A stretch of 63,348 nucleotides of DNA, counting the filler, from Octopus bimaculoides (taxonomy: Eukaryota): assembly GCF_001194135.2 (NCBI RefSeq). It is 4 parts of 4 records of this genome, joined end to end, with 100 filler letters (N's around TTAATTAATTAA, not from the genome) between each part and the next. Parts side by side here need not be neighbours in the genome. Positions count along the whole stretch, not along the records: positions 1 to 24,187 come from NC_069006.1; 3 more parts are not named here. One strand, 5' to 3'. A program made the position numbers and the translations under genes. Positions 1-10,731 of this stretch are shown here, piece after piece. Under the pieces are notes generated by a model. It was not told the DNA's origin. It saw only the letters and a list, made by a program, of their open reading frames with translations, and ran no database searches. How positions within the stretch are numbered: position 1 is the stretch's first letter; each line of letters begins with the position of its first letter.

Positions 1-99
1 CAGCATTCATCCTATTTTTTAGACTGCAATGTTGGCTTGGCGATAACTATTAATATCCAGTACCGCTGCCATAGTCTCCTTTAGAGAAACTTAGAAATA

Positions 100-141
<42 letters not shown>

Positions 142-743
142 AATATTTAAATGTTGGTTCTGTTCCTATTGGTACGATGATAAAGCGTGTTCACTGTCTA
201 TGGCTACCTGGCGTCAGCCATGGTAATTACACAATTGTCGCTGGATCTACCTCACGAATTCCTCAGAGTATGTCGAGTATAAAACAAATGATAGAGATGG
301 AAAATGGAATACACGGCAAACTTTATTGCTCGCACTGATCATTTCGACACATCCTGCATCAATCCCTCATGCATGGGAAGCTTTACAACTAGTTGTTGTG
401 CATCTTTCAGTGCAGAAGTGTCTCACCAGGTGATGTAATAAGGGGCATCTTGTTAAAAGATACCCTGTTTTGCTGGGATTTAATACATGTTGTTAGTGTC
501 CGTAGGTTCAAGCTACTGGGCAGGAACTATGAGGGACAGATTCTGTTGCAAAGTTAAATATTCAGACAGGGAATAATTAAGAAAAATTAGAAGAATAAGG
601 AGAATAAAACACACAATAAAAGTAAAACATTGTGTGTCAGGACCCAGATATAGTTATTTCCATACCCCCACCTTTGGTCCTTTTATACATATACATGCAC
701 ACTTGCTCATATGGGCTGTTAAGTACATGCCATTAAACTGCAG

Positions 744-969
744 AAGGCGGGTGAGCTGGCAGAAACGTTAGCACGCCGGGCGAAATGCTTAGTGGTATTT
801 CGTCTGCCATTACGTTCTGAGTTCAAATTCCGCCGAGGTCGACTTTGTCTTTCATCCTTTCGGGGGGTCAATAAATTAAGTACCAGTTACGCACTGGGGT
901 CGATGTAATAGACTTAATCTCTTTGTCTGTCCCCTCTATGTTTAGCCCCTTGTGGGCAATAAAGAAATA
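744..969 (+). mobile_element. tRNA-headed SINE, family A, young copy
   Basis: A-box-like GCTGGCAGAAACGTT, B-box-like GAGTTCAAATTCC; perfect 19-bp TSD ACATGCCATTAAACTGCAG at 725-743 and 970-988. Confidence 0.9.
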
Positions 970-1147
970 ACATGCCATTAAACTGCAGGCATACCACCAC
1001 CACCACTTAACATCCATGTTCCATGCTGGCAAGGAGCGGATTGTTTTACAGGATCTGATGGGTGTTTCTGTGTCTATTTGGCATGGTTTCCACAGCTGGA
1101 TGCCCATCACCATTGGTCCCAGACGGACAGACAGAATTTCACTCTTT

Positions 1148-1187
<40 letters not shown>

Positions 1188-1816
1188 TAAAAACAGTGAA
1201 ATTCTGTCTGTCCGTCTGGGACCAATGGTAATGAGCATTTCCAATGAGGTGAAGTACTTACATGAAATTATCTCAAAGAAGCAGGTATTTACTCAATATT
1301 TCAAACAGAAGATCCTTATGTGTATTTGTTTATGTTTTTTGTTTTGTGCGTATGGGCTGTGGCACTGTGGTGGTGGCTGTAGTTGTGGAATGGTAGTAGC
1401 TGTAACAGTATAGTACTGTGGTGGTAGCTATAGTGTTGTTATGGTAACTAACTACAATATTGCTGCTTTGCTCTCTCTAACAAGAAACTGAAACCACCCC
1501 TGACCCTTACAACCATAAATATATAAGTATATATATGTATATATATATATATATATATATAACAGTATACATAGAAGTACATAAACTACAAATATATATT
1601 CACCTCTCATACCCCCTGACTTGTAGGGCTCATATATATACATACATGTGTGTGTGTGTGTATATATATGTATACACACACACAATCAAAAGAGCTACTA
1701 ATAGTTTCATGCTTTTATGATACTTGAACAGGAATATTTATAAAATATGCCAATTATAAACTAGGACCTGATCGGTAAACTGGACAGAGGTTAAAGAATA
1801 GATGGATGTAAATTAC

Positions 1817-1978
1817 CTGGCAAGAGCCGTAGAGGTCATGGCGATCCCATTCACTGACCCAGCAATATCAGGGGTCACAGAATTGTTGATGAGCAATGAA
1901 GTGGCAGAGAAACAGCAACTGGTACAGATACGTTGGGGGATTAACAATATCAGTAATGAAACCCAGAGTTGGACGGGT
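1817..1978 (-). CDS. MFS transporter coding exon 11 (TM10-11); gene continues left of the window
   Basis: ttcttctatttcag|PVQLWVSLLILLIPQRICTSCCFSATSLLINNSVTPDIAGSVNGIAMTSTALA|gtaatt; NNSV...GxxNGIxM motif; phase 2/2; no terminal exon recognised in 1-1816. Confidence 0.94.
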
Positions 1979-2159
1979 CTGAAATAGAAGAATAATGGAT
2001 TAGAGCTTTATGAATTAGAGGAAGACTGCAGGATAAAGGGATTATGGATTCAAGGGATCATAGATTAGAGGAGACAATGAGAAAAAGGGATTATGGATTA
2101 AAGGGAGATTATGTGACAGAAGGATTATGGATAGAGGCAGATTATAATTAATTTATCTG

Positions 2160-2400
2160 ATATATTAGCATAATTAATTTCTGTGACATATTAACATAAC
2201 TAATTTCAAAGATATGTTAACATAATTTATATCATATATTAACATAACTAATTCAAAGATATATCAAAATAATTAATTTATACCATATATTAACATAACT
2301 AATTCAAAAATATATCAAAATAATTAATTTATATCATATATTAACATAACTAATTCAAAGATATATCAAAATAATTAATTTATATCATATATTAGCATAT
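2160..2400. repeat. AT-rich minisatellite (about 50-bp unit, about 5 copies)
   Basis: Repeats of atatattaacataactaattcaaagatatatcaaaataattaattt. Confidence 0.8.
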
Positions 2401-2590
2401 CATCATCATAATTTAATGTCCATTTTTCATGCGGGTATGGGTTGAACAGTTTGACAAGAGCTGGCAAGCCAGAAGATTGTATCAAGCTTTCCTGTCTGCT
2501 TTAGCATAGTTTCTGAAGCTGGATGCCCTTCCTAACACCAACCACTATGTAAAATGTACTGGGTGCATTTTACATGGCACCAGCAGCAGT
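2401..2590 (+). mobile_element. Interspersed repeat, family E (CATCAT-led, contains ctggatgcccttcctaa.gccaacc)
   Basis: Related copies in the window at about 1000-1105 (+), 7505-7800 (-) and 13750-13980 (+). Confidence 0.7.
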
Positions 2591-2833
2591 GGGGTCTATA
2601 AAATAATTTACAAAACAAGACCCCTAAACTAATGAGTGAGTAGTATCAAGGGAGGTCACTTGCCTGGACTTGTGTCTCGAAGGGGAACTTTCTAGGCACA
2701 ATCCCATGGTCATTCATGACCGAAGGGGGATTTAGGGAAACTAAGTTGGGGAAACACTGGTGTAATGACTTTGGATTTTTATTCTGATCTGATGGGGTTG
2801 CATAAGAATTTAAAGAAAATGAAGAATATTTAC

Positions 2834-2907
2834 TTATTGTAGAGAAGATGAGTAATGGGACATAATGTGACCGTGAGGAAGAGGATCGATACATTGGCCA
2901 GAAATGC
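2834..2907 (-). CDS. MFS transporter coding exon 10 (TM9)
   Basis: ttttttatcttttccag|AFLANVSILFLTVTLCPITHLLYN(K)|gtaaat; 74 nt, supplies the phase 0 to 2 bridge required between exons 9 and 11. Confidence 0.88.
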
Positions 2908-3586
2908 CTGGAAAAGATAAAAAAGAAAGGAAAATGAACAAACAAACATTAATGTGAAACAACAAAGAAGAAATAATAATTAACTTGTCATCATATTAGT
3001 TATGGAGCTGCTTAACAAGAAAGACGTATCTGATAACGAGTTGCAAAGTTGTTTAATGAGATAGAAATTAATTAATGTTTCTTTTTCCTAAAGTGGCAAA
3101 CTGGCAGAATCATTAGAATGCCAGGCAAAATGCTTATTTCTTAAACCTGGTACTTATTCTATCGTTCTCTTTTGCTGCATTACTAAGTTACGGGAACATA
3201 AACACACCAACACCAGTTATCAAGCAGTAATGGTGGAGGGACAAACACAGATATGAATATCCCCAACCCAGACGAGATGTCAGTCCATTGCAGGATTATT
3301 CCCTTTTGGCAGCTGAATGGATTGGAGCAACATGAAATGAAGTGTTTTGCTCAAGAACACAATGCGCCGCCCAGTCCAGGAATTGAAACCACAATCTAGA
3401 AGTCATGAGTGCAGCATCCTAACCATTAGCTGAGTGGACTGGAGCAACATGAANNNNNNNNNNNNNNNNNNNNNNNNNNNNNNNNNNNGAAATGAAGTGT
3501 TTTGCTCAAGAACACAATGCGCCGCCCAGTCCAGGAATTGAAACCACAATCTTGTGATCATGAGTCTGACACCCTAACCATTTAGC

Positions 3587-3864
3587 CAAGGGTTTTCAAA
3601 CTTTTTGACTTGCGGACCCCTTTCTATTTCAGGCTTTACCTTAGGGACCCCCCCCCCTTATAAACGCTTATGAAATTTATACATAAATATTTGCTTAAAA
3701 TAACATATTTTTACATTTATTTATTTAACAGTATTTAACAAATAGGTGTATTGTCAATTAAAAGATTTTGATTAAAAAACATATATAAAATCAAATTGCC
3801 CATAAAAAGTATTTGCTGTCCACAGACCCCCTGTGGTCCACAGACCACAGTTTGAAAACCCCTG
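3587..3864. mobile_element. hAT-type MITE
   Basis: TIR CA(A/G)GGGTTTTCAAACT at both ends; 8-bp TSD catttagc / cattaagc. Confidence 0.85.
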
Positions 3865-4044
3865 CATTAAGCCACGCACCTACCCTTAGATGCACTAAAG
3901 GGAGTCCACTCTGTTGCATGTAAATTCAGCCGAGGTCCCTGGTCCAAGGATAACTTCCTCCCAACCATCTCAGAAGCTGTGTCTGTACCAAAACCAAAGC
4001 TATGCCAGAGTAGGAGGAGTATTTAGAAGAGAAATAAATAATAC

Positions 4045-4163
4045 CTTAAGAATTCCATATCTGCGAGCCATAGGAGCAAAGATGAAGACTTGTAGAAACA
4101 TTATGGGGACGGCTACAATTCCAGTGATGACACCAAGCTGGTCAGTGGAGAACCCAAGGCCAT
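4045..4163 (-). CDS. MFS transporter coding exon 9 (TM8)
   Basis: attttctacag|(D)GLGFSTDQLGVITGIVAVPIMFLQVFIFAPMARRYGILK|gtatta; W..GLGFS motif typical of ZIFL-like proteins; phase 1/0. Confidence 0.94.
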
Positions 4164-4413
4164 CTGTAGAAAATATTAACAGGAACAACATCATATCAGT
4201 CAATGAATGATCAAGCATCTATAGAGAGAGAGGTTAAAGGAATACTGTGTATGTGTGAAGCTGAGGAGGGGACTAGTCAATTATATCGACCCCAGAATTT
4301 CCCTGGTACTTAATTTATTGACCCCGAACATCGTTGGCTTTCTTTTTCATTCAACACTATGTCTGGTTTCCTATTCTCTATCTCATATTACTATTATTAT
4401 TATCATTATTTAT

Positions 4414-4829
4414 TGTCTTTGCACAGCTTCTATTACTGGAGATGTACTGCGGTGTCAGCTGTTCACTACCAGTGAACTAAGGTAACACCCCCTTATTTTT
4501 CGAGCAACATCCGGAGTATTCGAGCGGTTCCAAGCAGTGCTGTTTTTTGTGCAAGTGCTCCACTCTTATTGCAGCCCCTATTTGTTCCATGTACTTCTCG
4601 AGATTTTTACTCACTGTTCCCAGGGCTCTGACAATTATTGGTACTATTACCACCTTTTTCATCGACCACAACTGCTTTACCTCCCAAGCTAACCTGTCAT
4701 ATCTATCGACTTTTCTTCCTTCCTTATTGCATACCTTGTTGTCAGCTGGGCATGCTATATCTATGATCCAGTATCGTTTGTTTTCTTTCTCAATTAACAC
4801 TATGTCTGGCTTCCTATTCTCCGTCTCAT
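4414..4829 (-). mobile_element. 5'-truncated R4/Dong-like (RLE) LINE 3' end
   Basis: KPDIVLIEKENKRYWIIDIACPAD...RYDRLAWEV...VVIVPIIVRALGTV restriction-like endonuclease region; (TAA)n on both sides. Confidence 0.85.
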
Positions 4830-4849
4830 ATTATTATTATTATTATTAT

Positions 4850-5123
4850 CCAGTAGTTTTATTTTTATATCGTGCTTTCACTTCACGACCAAGTGCAGCT
4901 CTGTGTGCCTTTGGTATGTGCTGTGGTTTGCTGTGATGCTCTTATGGTTACTGTATTGAAAGTGTTTTGCGTAGGATGTGTGCAGTGCCCAGTAGTGCAA
5001 TTTTCTGTATGTTATATATATTTGTAAGTCCTGGTGTTTTCGTTATGTATTTGTCTGAATATTTTTTTATTATACCTAAGGCACCTACTATGATAGGAAT
5101 TGTTTCTGTTTTTACATTCCACA
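4850..5123 (-). mobile_element. R4/Dong-like LINE 3' end, same family as 58705-59010
   Basis: Reverse strand encodes ETIPIIVGALGIIKKYSDKYIT..IALLGTAHILRKTLSIQ* plus 3' UTR; bounded by (TAA)n. Confidence 0.88.
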
Positions 5124-5359
5124 TTATTATTATTATTACTATTATATTTGTACATCAATCAAATCAGATAAATCCAATAATGGAAAAAATAATGTTTCAA
5201 TTCAGTACAAAAAGCTTCTCAGAAGGATGTTCAAAGCGTTTCCATTGCACCCAACGAAACAAAATTGCTCCCGAGCCTGTATCCACACACTAGTGTAGCT
5301 ATGTCCATGTAACATCAGACGGAGTGAAATTGCATAAGAAGAAACAAGTTAGTCCTTAC

Positions 5360-5466
5360 CTAACCGTGGTTCCGTTGATGCCCATATTGTGAACGTATCT
5401 TCAAATCCAATGACTCCGAACGAGAAAATGGTGTACAGTGCAACAGACATGCGGACATCTGTCATG
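5360..5466 (-). CDS. MFS transporter coding exon 8 (TM7)
   Basis: tttgtgtcttgtag|MTDVRMSVALYTIFSFGVIGFEDTFTIWASTEPRL|gtaagg; phase 2/1. Confidence 0.94.
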
Positions 5467-6148
5467 CTACAAGACACAAACAGAGAATAAACTTTACCAA
5501 CATCGTTCAATATGCAACATGGAAGTAAAGCAAACAGTTTGGTTTTTTTTTCCATTTTTTGCACCATTTACTTGTTTCAGTCATTTGACTGTGGCCATGT
5601 AGGAACACTGCCAAGTTACGGGGACATAAACAAGTATAGAATAAGTACTAGGCTTACAAAGAATAAGCCCTGTGGTCAATTTGTTCTACTAAAGGCAGTG
5701 CTCCAGCATGGCCACAGTCAAATGAGTGAAACTAGTAAAAGAATACATATAAAGACAGGCACACACATTCAGTTTCTGTCAACCAAATTCATTCACAAGG
5801 ATTTGGTTGGCTCATGGTTATAATAGAAGACACTCGCCCAAGGTACCATGCAGCGGGACTGAACTCAGAACCACATACACCTCTCCCCTATCTTGTCAAG
5901 GTGATAGGGTTTAGGGTTATGCTCTCATGATCATAAGATTGAGGTTTCAATTCCTGCACCAGGCGATGCATTGTGTTCTTCAGACGGTACAAATCCCTTA
6001 TTCACTTTTTGGCCAATAAATCCGGTCCTCTTTCATCTCACTCAGTTGTATCTCTGAGTAACACAAACTACTAGACTTCTGAATTTCAAAGACCTGACTA
6101 TCTCGCACATTGGAGAGAAAGCTAGAGGACAATAAAATTAAAACTCAC

Positions 6149-6736
6149 CTGAGAAGAGTTATCAAAGTGCTTTGCTTCAGCTTATGACAGAGAGAATTTG
6201 TGCGTTTTGTAGGAGGCTCTTCATTACTGTTATTATTTTCAGTCATTAATTTATCTGTCACCTTTGGTTCTGGAGGATTGACAACGATCTGGGGACGATT
6301 CGGTTGGGATATGTCTTTGATTTCGAGAGTGAATGACCCCGTTTCGAGTTTTGAATGGATATCACTGGGTAGCAATGAAAATGACTCATTCTTTAGAAGT
6401 TGCAGATTTGTATGACTGACATTTCTGGACGGAACAATTGAGTGGGATGATCGAGATGGGCTCAGTTTGGCGCTCTGAGTATCGAAGTCCCTGGAACCAT
6501 ATATCAACTCCTCTGGAAGACTTATGCAACTTTTAGAACCAAACTGTTGGTCGAGAGAATTTTCTTCTTGGATTCGGGCCAGGAAGGCACCAGTCACTGC
6601 TTCGACATGATGACCCTCAATTTCAAGCAACTGAGAAGATGTACGGCCAAGATTCTTGGCAGAACCTTTGGGATTTTTGTCTGAATTCTTTTTTTCTTCT
6701 GTTTCGGTATTCTCTGATTGAATAATTAATGAGTTA
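6149..6736 (-). CDS. MFS transporter coding exon 7 (large hydrophilic central loop)
   Basis: ctctttttgtttcttgcag|NSLIIQSENTETEEKK...KQSTLITLL|gtgagt; 588 nt open frame, phase 2/2, in frame with exons 6 and 8. Confidence 0.88.
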
Positions 6737-7093
6737 CTGCAAGAAACAAAAAGAGACATATATGCAATTAACTCTTTATTGGTGTAGTTAAGTGTAATGG
6801 CTATTCCAGTAAAGACGCTTAACTGTTCTGATACCAATCTACCGAAGGCCGCCCCTGGTTATCATACAAACATCCTGCTTCAAAGTCATTTAAATTAAAA
6901 CTTTCCATCACAATTTCATGTTGATTTATTTTTCAGATCCCATATCAATTATGACAAAATTGTCATTAATTTCTTCTTTATTTTCAAAATTAATTGAAAC
7001 AAAAGTAGTACCTTTTAATATAAATTTGGTAATAAAAGGGTTAAATATCTACCAAAAGTAGAATTGGTATTTTCTACATGTCGTATATATGTA

Positions 7094-7186
<93 letters not shown>

Positions 7187-7189
7187 ATA

Positions 7190-7405
7190 TGTGTGTGTAT
7201 CTGTGTTCGTCCCTCCAACATCGCTTGACAACCGATGCTGCTGTGTTTACGTCCCCGTAACTTAGCGGTTCGGCAAAAAGAGACCGATAGAATAAGTACT
7301 AGGCTTCCAAAGAATAAGTCCTGGGGTCGATTTGCTTGACTAAAGGCGGTGCTCCAGCATGGCCACAGTCAAAAATGACTGAAACAAGTAAAAGAGTAAA
7401 GAGAG
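7190..7405 (+). mobile_element. SINE family B, 3' half
   Basis: Matches the tail of full copies at 28860-29263 and 22986-23370; preceded by long (TA)n. Confidence 0.88.
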
Positions 7406-8115
7406 TATGTCATGTTACCTCAATAAACTTAACACATCTCAAACAATAAATAGCTTCAGACATGATATTCCTCAACAAAAAATAGAATGGTATATAAAAT
7501 TACTTTCTGTGCCTGCGGCATGTGTAAGGACTTTCGAGTGAGATCGTTGCCAGTGCCACTGGACTGGCTCTTGTGTGGGTGGCACATAAAATACACCATT
7601 TTGAGCGTGGCTGTTGCCAGTACCGCCTGACTGGCCTTCGTGCGGGTGGCACGTAAAAGCACCCACTACACTCTCTGAGTGGTTGGCGTTAGGAAGGGCA
7701 TCCAGCTGTAGAAACTCTGCCAAATCAGATTGGAGCCTGGTGTAGCCATCTGGTTTCACCAGTCCTCAGTAAAATCGTCCAACGACGATGATGATGATGA
7801 TGAGTTGAGGGTAATGACATTTTGTGTGGATAGATCTGGTTTCTGCAATAAAAGTGTTGAATCGTATCTGAAATGCATGTGTAAACACTTAACTGATTGA
7901 GGCCAATTGAGTGTTATCTTGATTCACAAATTTGGAAAAATCTGTCAAATATCTACCCTTAGAATACTATTCTGGACATCCAATTTACTATTTTGCTGTT
8001 TGGACCCCACACCCCAAATCTTGTATGGACCTTCAGGGGCTATAAGGACCCTGGATGACAACCTCTGACCAGTATGAGATAAAACAGCACATGTAACAAA
8101 ATAGACGTTACTTAC

Positions 8116-8281
8116 TTTAAAAGGGTTGATTTTGTTTCTGGCATTTTCAAGAAGACAACAACAAAGACAAAAAAAGCAATAACAAAAGCCACAGCACCAG
8201 GCAACATGTAAGGGAACTGGCCGAAAAATCCGTTTGGATCAAAGTAGTTTGGGTATTTTTTGGCAGGAGATGCAAGAAAAC
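8116..8281 (-). CDS. MFS transporter coding exon 6 (TM6)
   Basis: ctttatcttccag|FLASPAKKYPNYFDPNGFFGQFPYMLPGAVAFVIAFFVFVVVFLKMPETKSTLL|gtaagt; resembles the ZIFL PAxKYP...FPY.LP...PET signature; phase 1/2. Confidence 0.95.
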
Positions 8282-8469
8282 CTGGAAGATAAAGAAGTGC
8301 AAGTCTAGGATTACAAAAATGACAAAGATGGGGTTATAAAGACTCTGAACAAATAATCCAATACACAAATCAAGTCTACATCCTCTCTCTCTCTTCGTTT
8401 CTCTCTGTGTATGTGTGTTCCCACCACCACCACCACCACCATGGAAAACAGATGTTAAATGATGACGAT

Positions 8470-8762
8470 GGGCTCAGTGGTTAAGAGCGTCAGGCTCACA
8501 ATAATGAGGTAGTGAGTTCGATCCCTGGACTGGGCTGTGTGTTGTGTTCTTGAGCAAGACACTTTATTTCACGTTGCTCCAGTTCACTCAGCTGTAGAAA
8601 TGAGTTGCGACATCACTGTATTGGCCCCTTTGCCTATTCCTTGGATAACATTGGTGGTGTGGAGAGGGGAGGCTGGTATGCATGGGCGACTGCTGGTCTT
8701 CCATACACAACCTTGCCTTGAAAGGTAACTTTCTAGGCGCAGTCCTATGGTCATTCTTGACC
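8470..8762 (+). mobile_element. tRNA-headed SINE, family D
   Basis: GGCTCAGTGGTTAAGAGC A box, GAGTTCGATCCC B box, ttgagcaagacactttatttcac core; partial copies at about 3300-3585 (-), 20270-20425 (+) and 5910-5980 (+). Confidence 0.85.
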
Positions 8763-9102
8763 TATAATTATATAGTAATACAGGTCCTATAATTATATAG
8801 GACCTGTATAATTATATAGGATAATTATATTATATACTATAGGTCCTATAATTATATAGTAATACAGAGAGGATCAAATAGATCTTAGAAGCCCCTCTGT
8901 ATATCTTTGTTAAATATATCACTCAGAAAGAAAGTATTAGAAAACCTTCAACTGGTCGTCAGTATTGTGGTCAAATACACAGTTAAACATTCCTTTGATT
9001 TCAAGACAGAATCAAAGCAGAAATAACATTTATTGACCAAAGACAAAAAGAAATTTTAATTATGTTACAGTTTAATAAAACCTTCAGGTTAAAGAAACTT
9101 AC

Positions 9103-9225
9103 CTCCAAATGCAGGACCCAAAAATAGACCAACACCCCATGACAGCGATAATATTGACATTGCTAGAGCCTGGTTTGTGTCATCGGATATTTCATAAAGA
9201 ATGGTTTTAGCTGTTCCAACAGTTC
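9103..9225 (-). CDS. MFS transporter coding exon 5 (TM4-5)
   Basis: ttctttctcttccag|TVGTAKTILYEISDDTNQALAMSILSLSWGVGLFLGPAFG(G)|gtaagt; WGxGxxxGPxxGG antiporter-type motif C; phase 1/1. Confidence 0.96.
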
Positions 9226-9357
9226 CTGGAAGAGAAAGAACTTGTTTTTGTAAAAGTCAATTACATAACCCCCACTATTTAACTGGTACATAATTTAATG
9301 AACATGAAGACGGATGGAAAGCAAAGTTGATCCCCGAGTGAAGTTTGAACTTATTAA

Positions 9358-9741
9358 TGTGGCACTCCGTCAGTTATGACAATGAGGGTTCCAGTTGATC
9401 CGATCAACGGAACAGCCTGCTCGTGAAATTAATGTGCAAGTGGCTGAGCACTCCACAGACACGTGTACCCTTAATGTAGTTCTCGGGGAGATTCAGCGTG
9501 ACACAGAGTGTGACAAGGCTGCCCCTTTGAATTACAGGTACAACAGAAACAGGAAGAAAGAGTGAGAGAAAGTTGTGGTGAAAGAATACAGAAGGATTCG
9601 CCACCACCCGCTGCTAGAGCCTTGTGGTGCTTTTAGGTGTTTTCACTCAATAAACACTCACAGCGTCCAGTCTGGGAATCGAAACCACAATCCTACGACC
9701 ACAAGTCTGCTGCCTTAACCACTGGGCCATTGCGCCTCCAC
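9358..9741 (-). mobile_element. tRNA-headed SINE, family C, inserted in an older family-A SINE
   Basis: 12-bp TSD TGAACTTATTAA at 9346-9357 and 9742-9753; both flanks are family-A-like sequence. Confidence 0.88.
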
Positions 9742-9844
9742 TGAACTTATTAAACATAGAACGATAGAATGATGGAATGAAATACCACAAGGAATTTTGC
9801 CCAGTGCTTTGCTAATTTCACTAAGCTTGAATAATAATAAAAAT

Positions 9845-10434
9845 AATAATAATCCTTTCTAGTATAGACACAAGGCCTGAAATTTTGGGGAAAGGGAACT
9901 AGCTGATTTCATCAACCCCAGTGCTTGACTGGTATTTATTTTATCAACCCTGAAAATATGAAAGGAAAAGCTGATCTTTGTAGAAGTTGGCAGAATCATT
10001 AGCACACTGGGCCAAATGCTTAATGGCATTTCATCCATTTTTATCTTCTGAGTTCAAATCCCACCAAGCTTGACTTTGCCTTTTCTCTTCTCAGGGTTGC
10101 TAAAATAAGTAACACTTGAGCAACAGGAGTCAATGTAACTGACTTATCCTCATCACCCAAGTTCTGGCCTTGTGCCAAAATTTGAAATCATCATCATCGT
10201 CATCATTATAATTATCATCATTAAGGCGGCGAGCTGGCGGAATCGTTAGCACACTGGATGAAATGTTTAGCAGTATTTGCCCATCACTATGTTCTGAGTT
10301 CAAATTCTGCCAAGGCTAAGTTTGACTTTCATCTTTTGGGGTCGATAAATTAAGTACCAGTTGAACACTGGGATCAATGTAATTGATTGCTCCCTTCCTC
10401 ACAAATTTCAGGCTTTTTGCCTTTAGCAGAAAGA

Positions 10435-10472
<38 letters not shown>

Positions 10473-10693
10473 TATTAAGGTGGTGAGCTGGCAGTCTTGT
10501 TAACACACCGGGCCAAATGCTTAGCGGTATTTCACTCATCACTACATTCCAAGGTCAAATTCTGCTGAGGTCAACTTTGCTTTTCATCCTTTCGGGGTCG
10601 ATAAATTAAATACAAGTTAAACACTGGGGTAGGTGTAATTGACACTTCCCCTCCCGAAAATGGCTGCCCTTGTGGCAAAATTTGAAACCATCA

Positions 10694-10730
<37 letters not shown>
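9845..10730. mobile_element. Cluster of family-A SINE copies separated by (ATT)n tracts
   Basis: Heads at about 9985, 10223 and 10477 (+), plus a reverse partial copy at about 9855-9980. Confidence 0.8.

Positions 10731-10731
<1 letters not shown>

Noticed and set aside
140-560. Possible LINE fragment or terminal transporter exon
   Set aside because: No frame gave a recognisable motif or the expected TM11-12 continuation behind an acceptor.
3334-3551. Apparent tandem duplication of a family-D SINE segment
   Set aside because: The two copies sit on either side of an N gap, so this is probably an unmerged contig overlap.
6737-6838. In-frame 34-codon upstream extension of exon 7 using the AG at 6840-6839
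   Set aside because: No polypyrimidine tract there, whereas the acceptor at 6737 is canonical; no support without RNA data.
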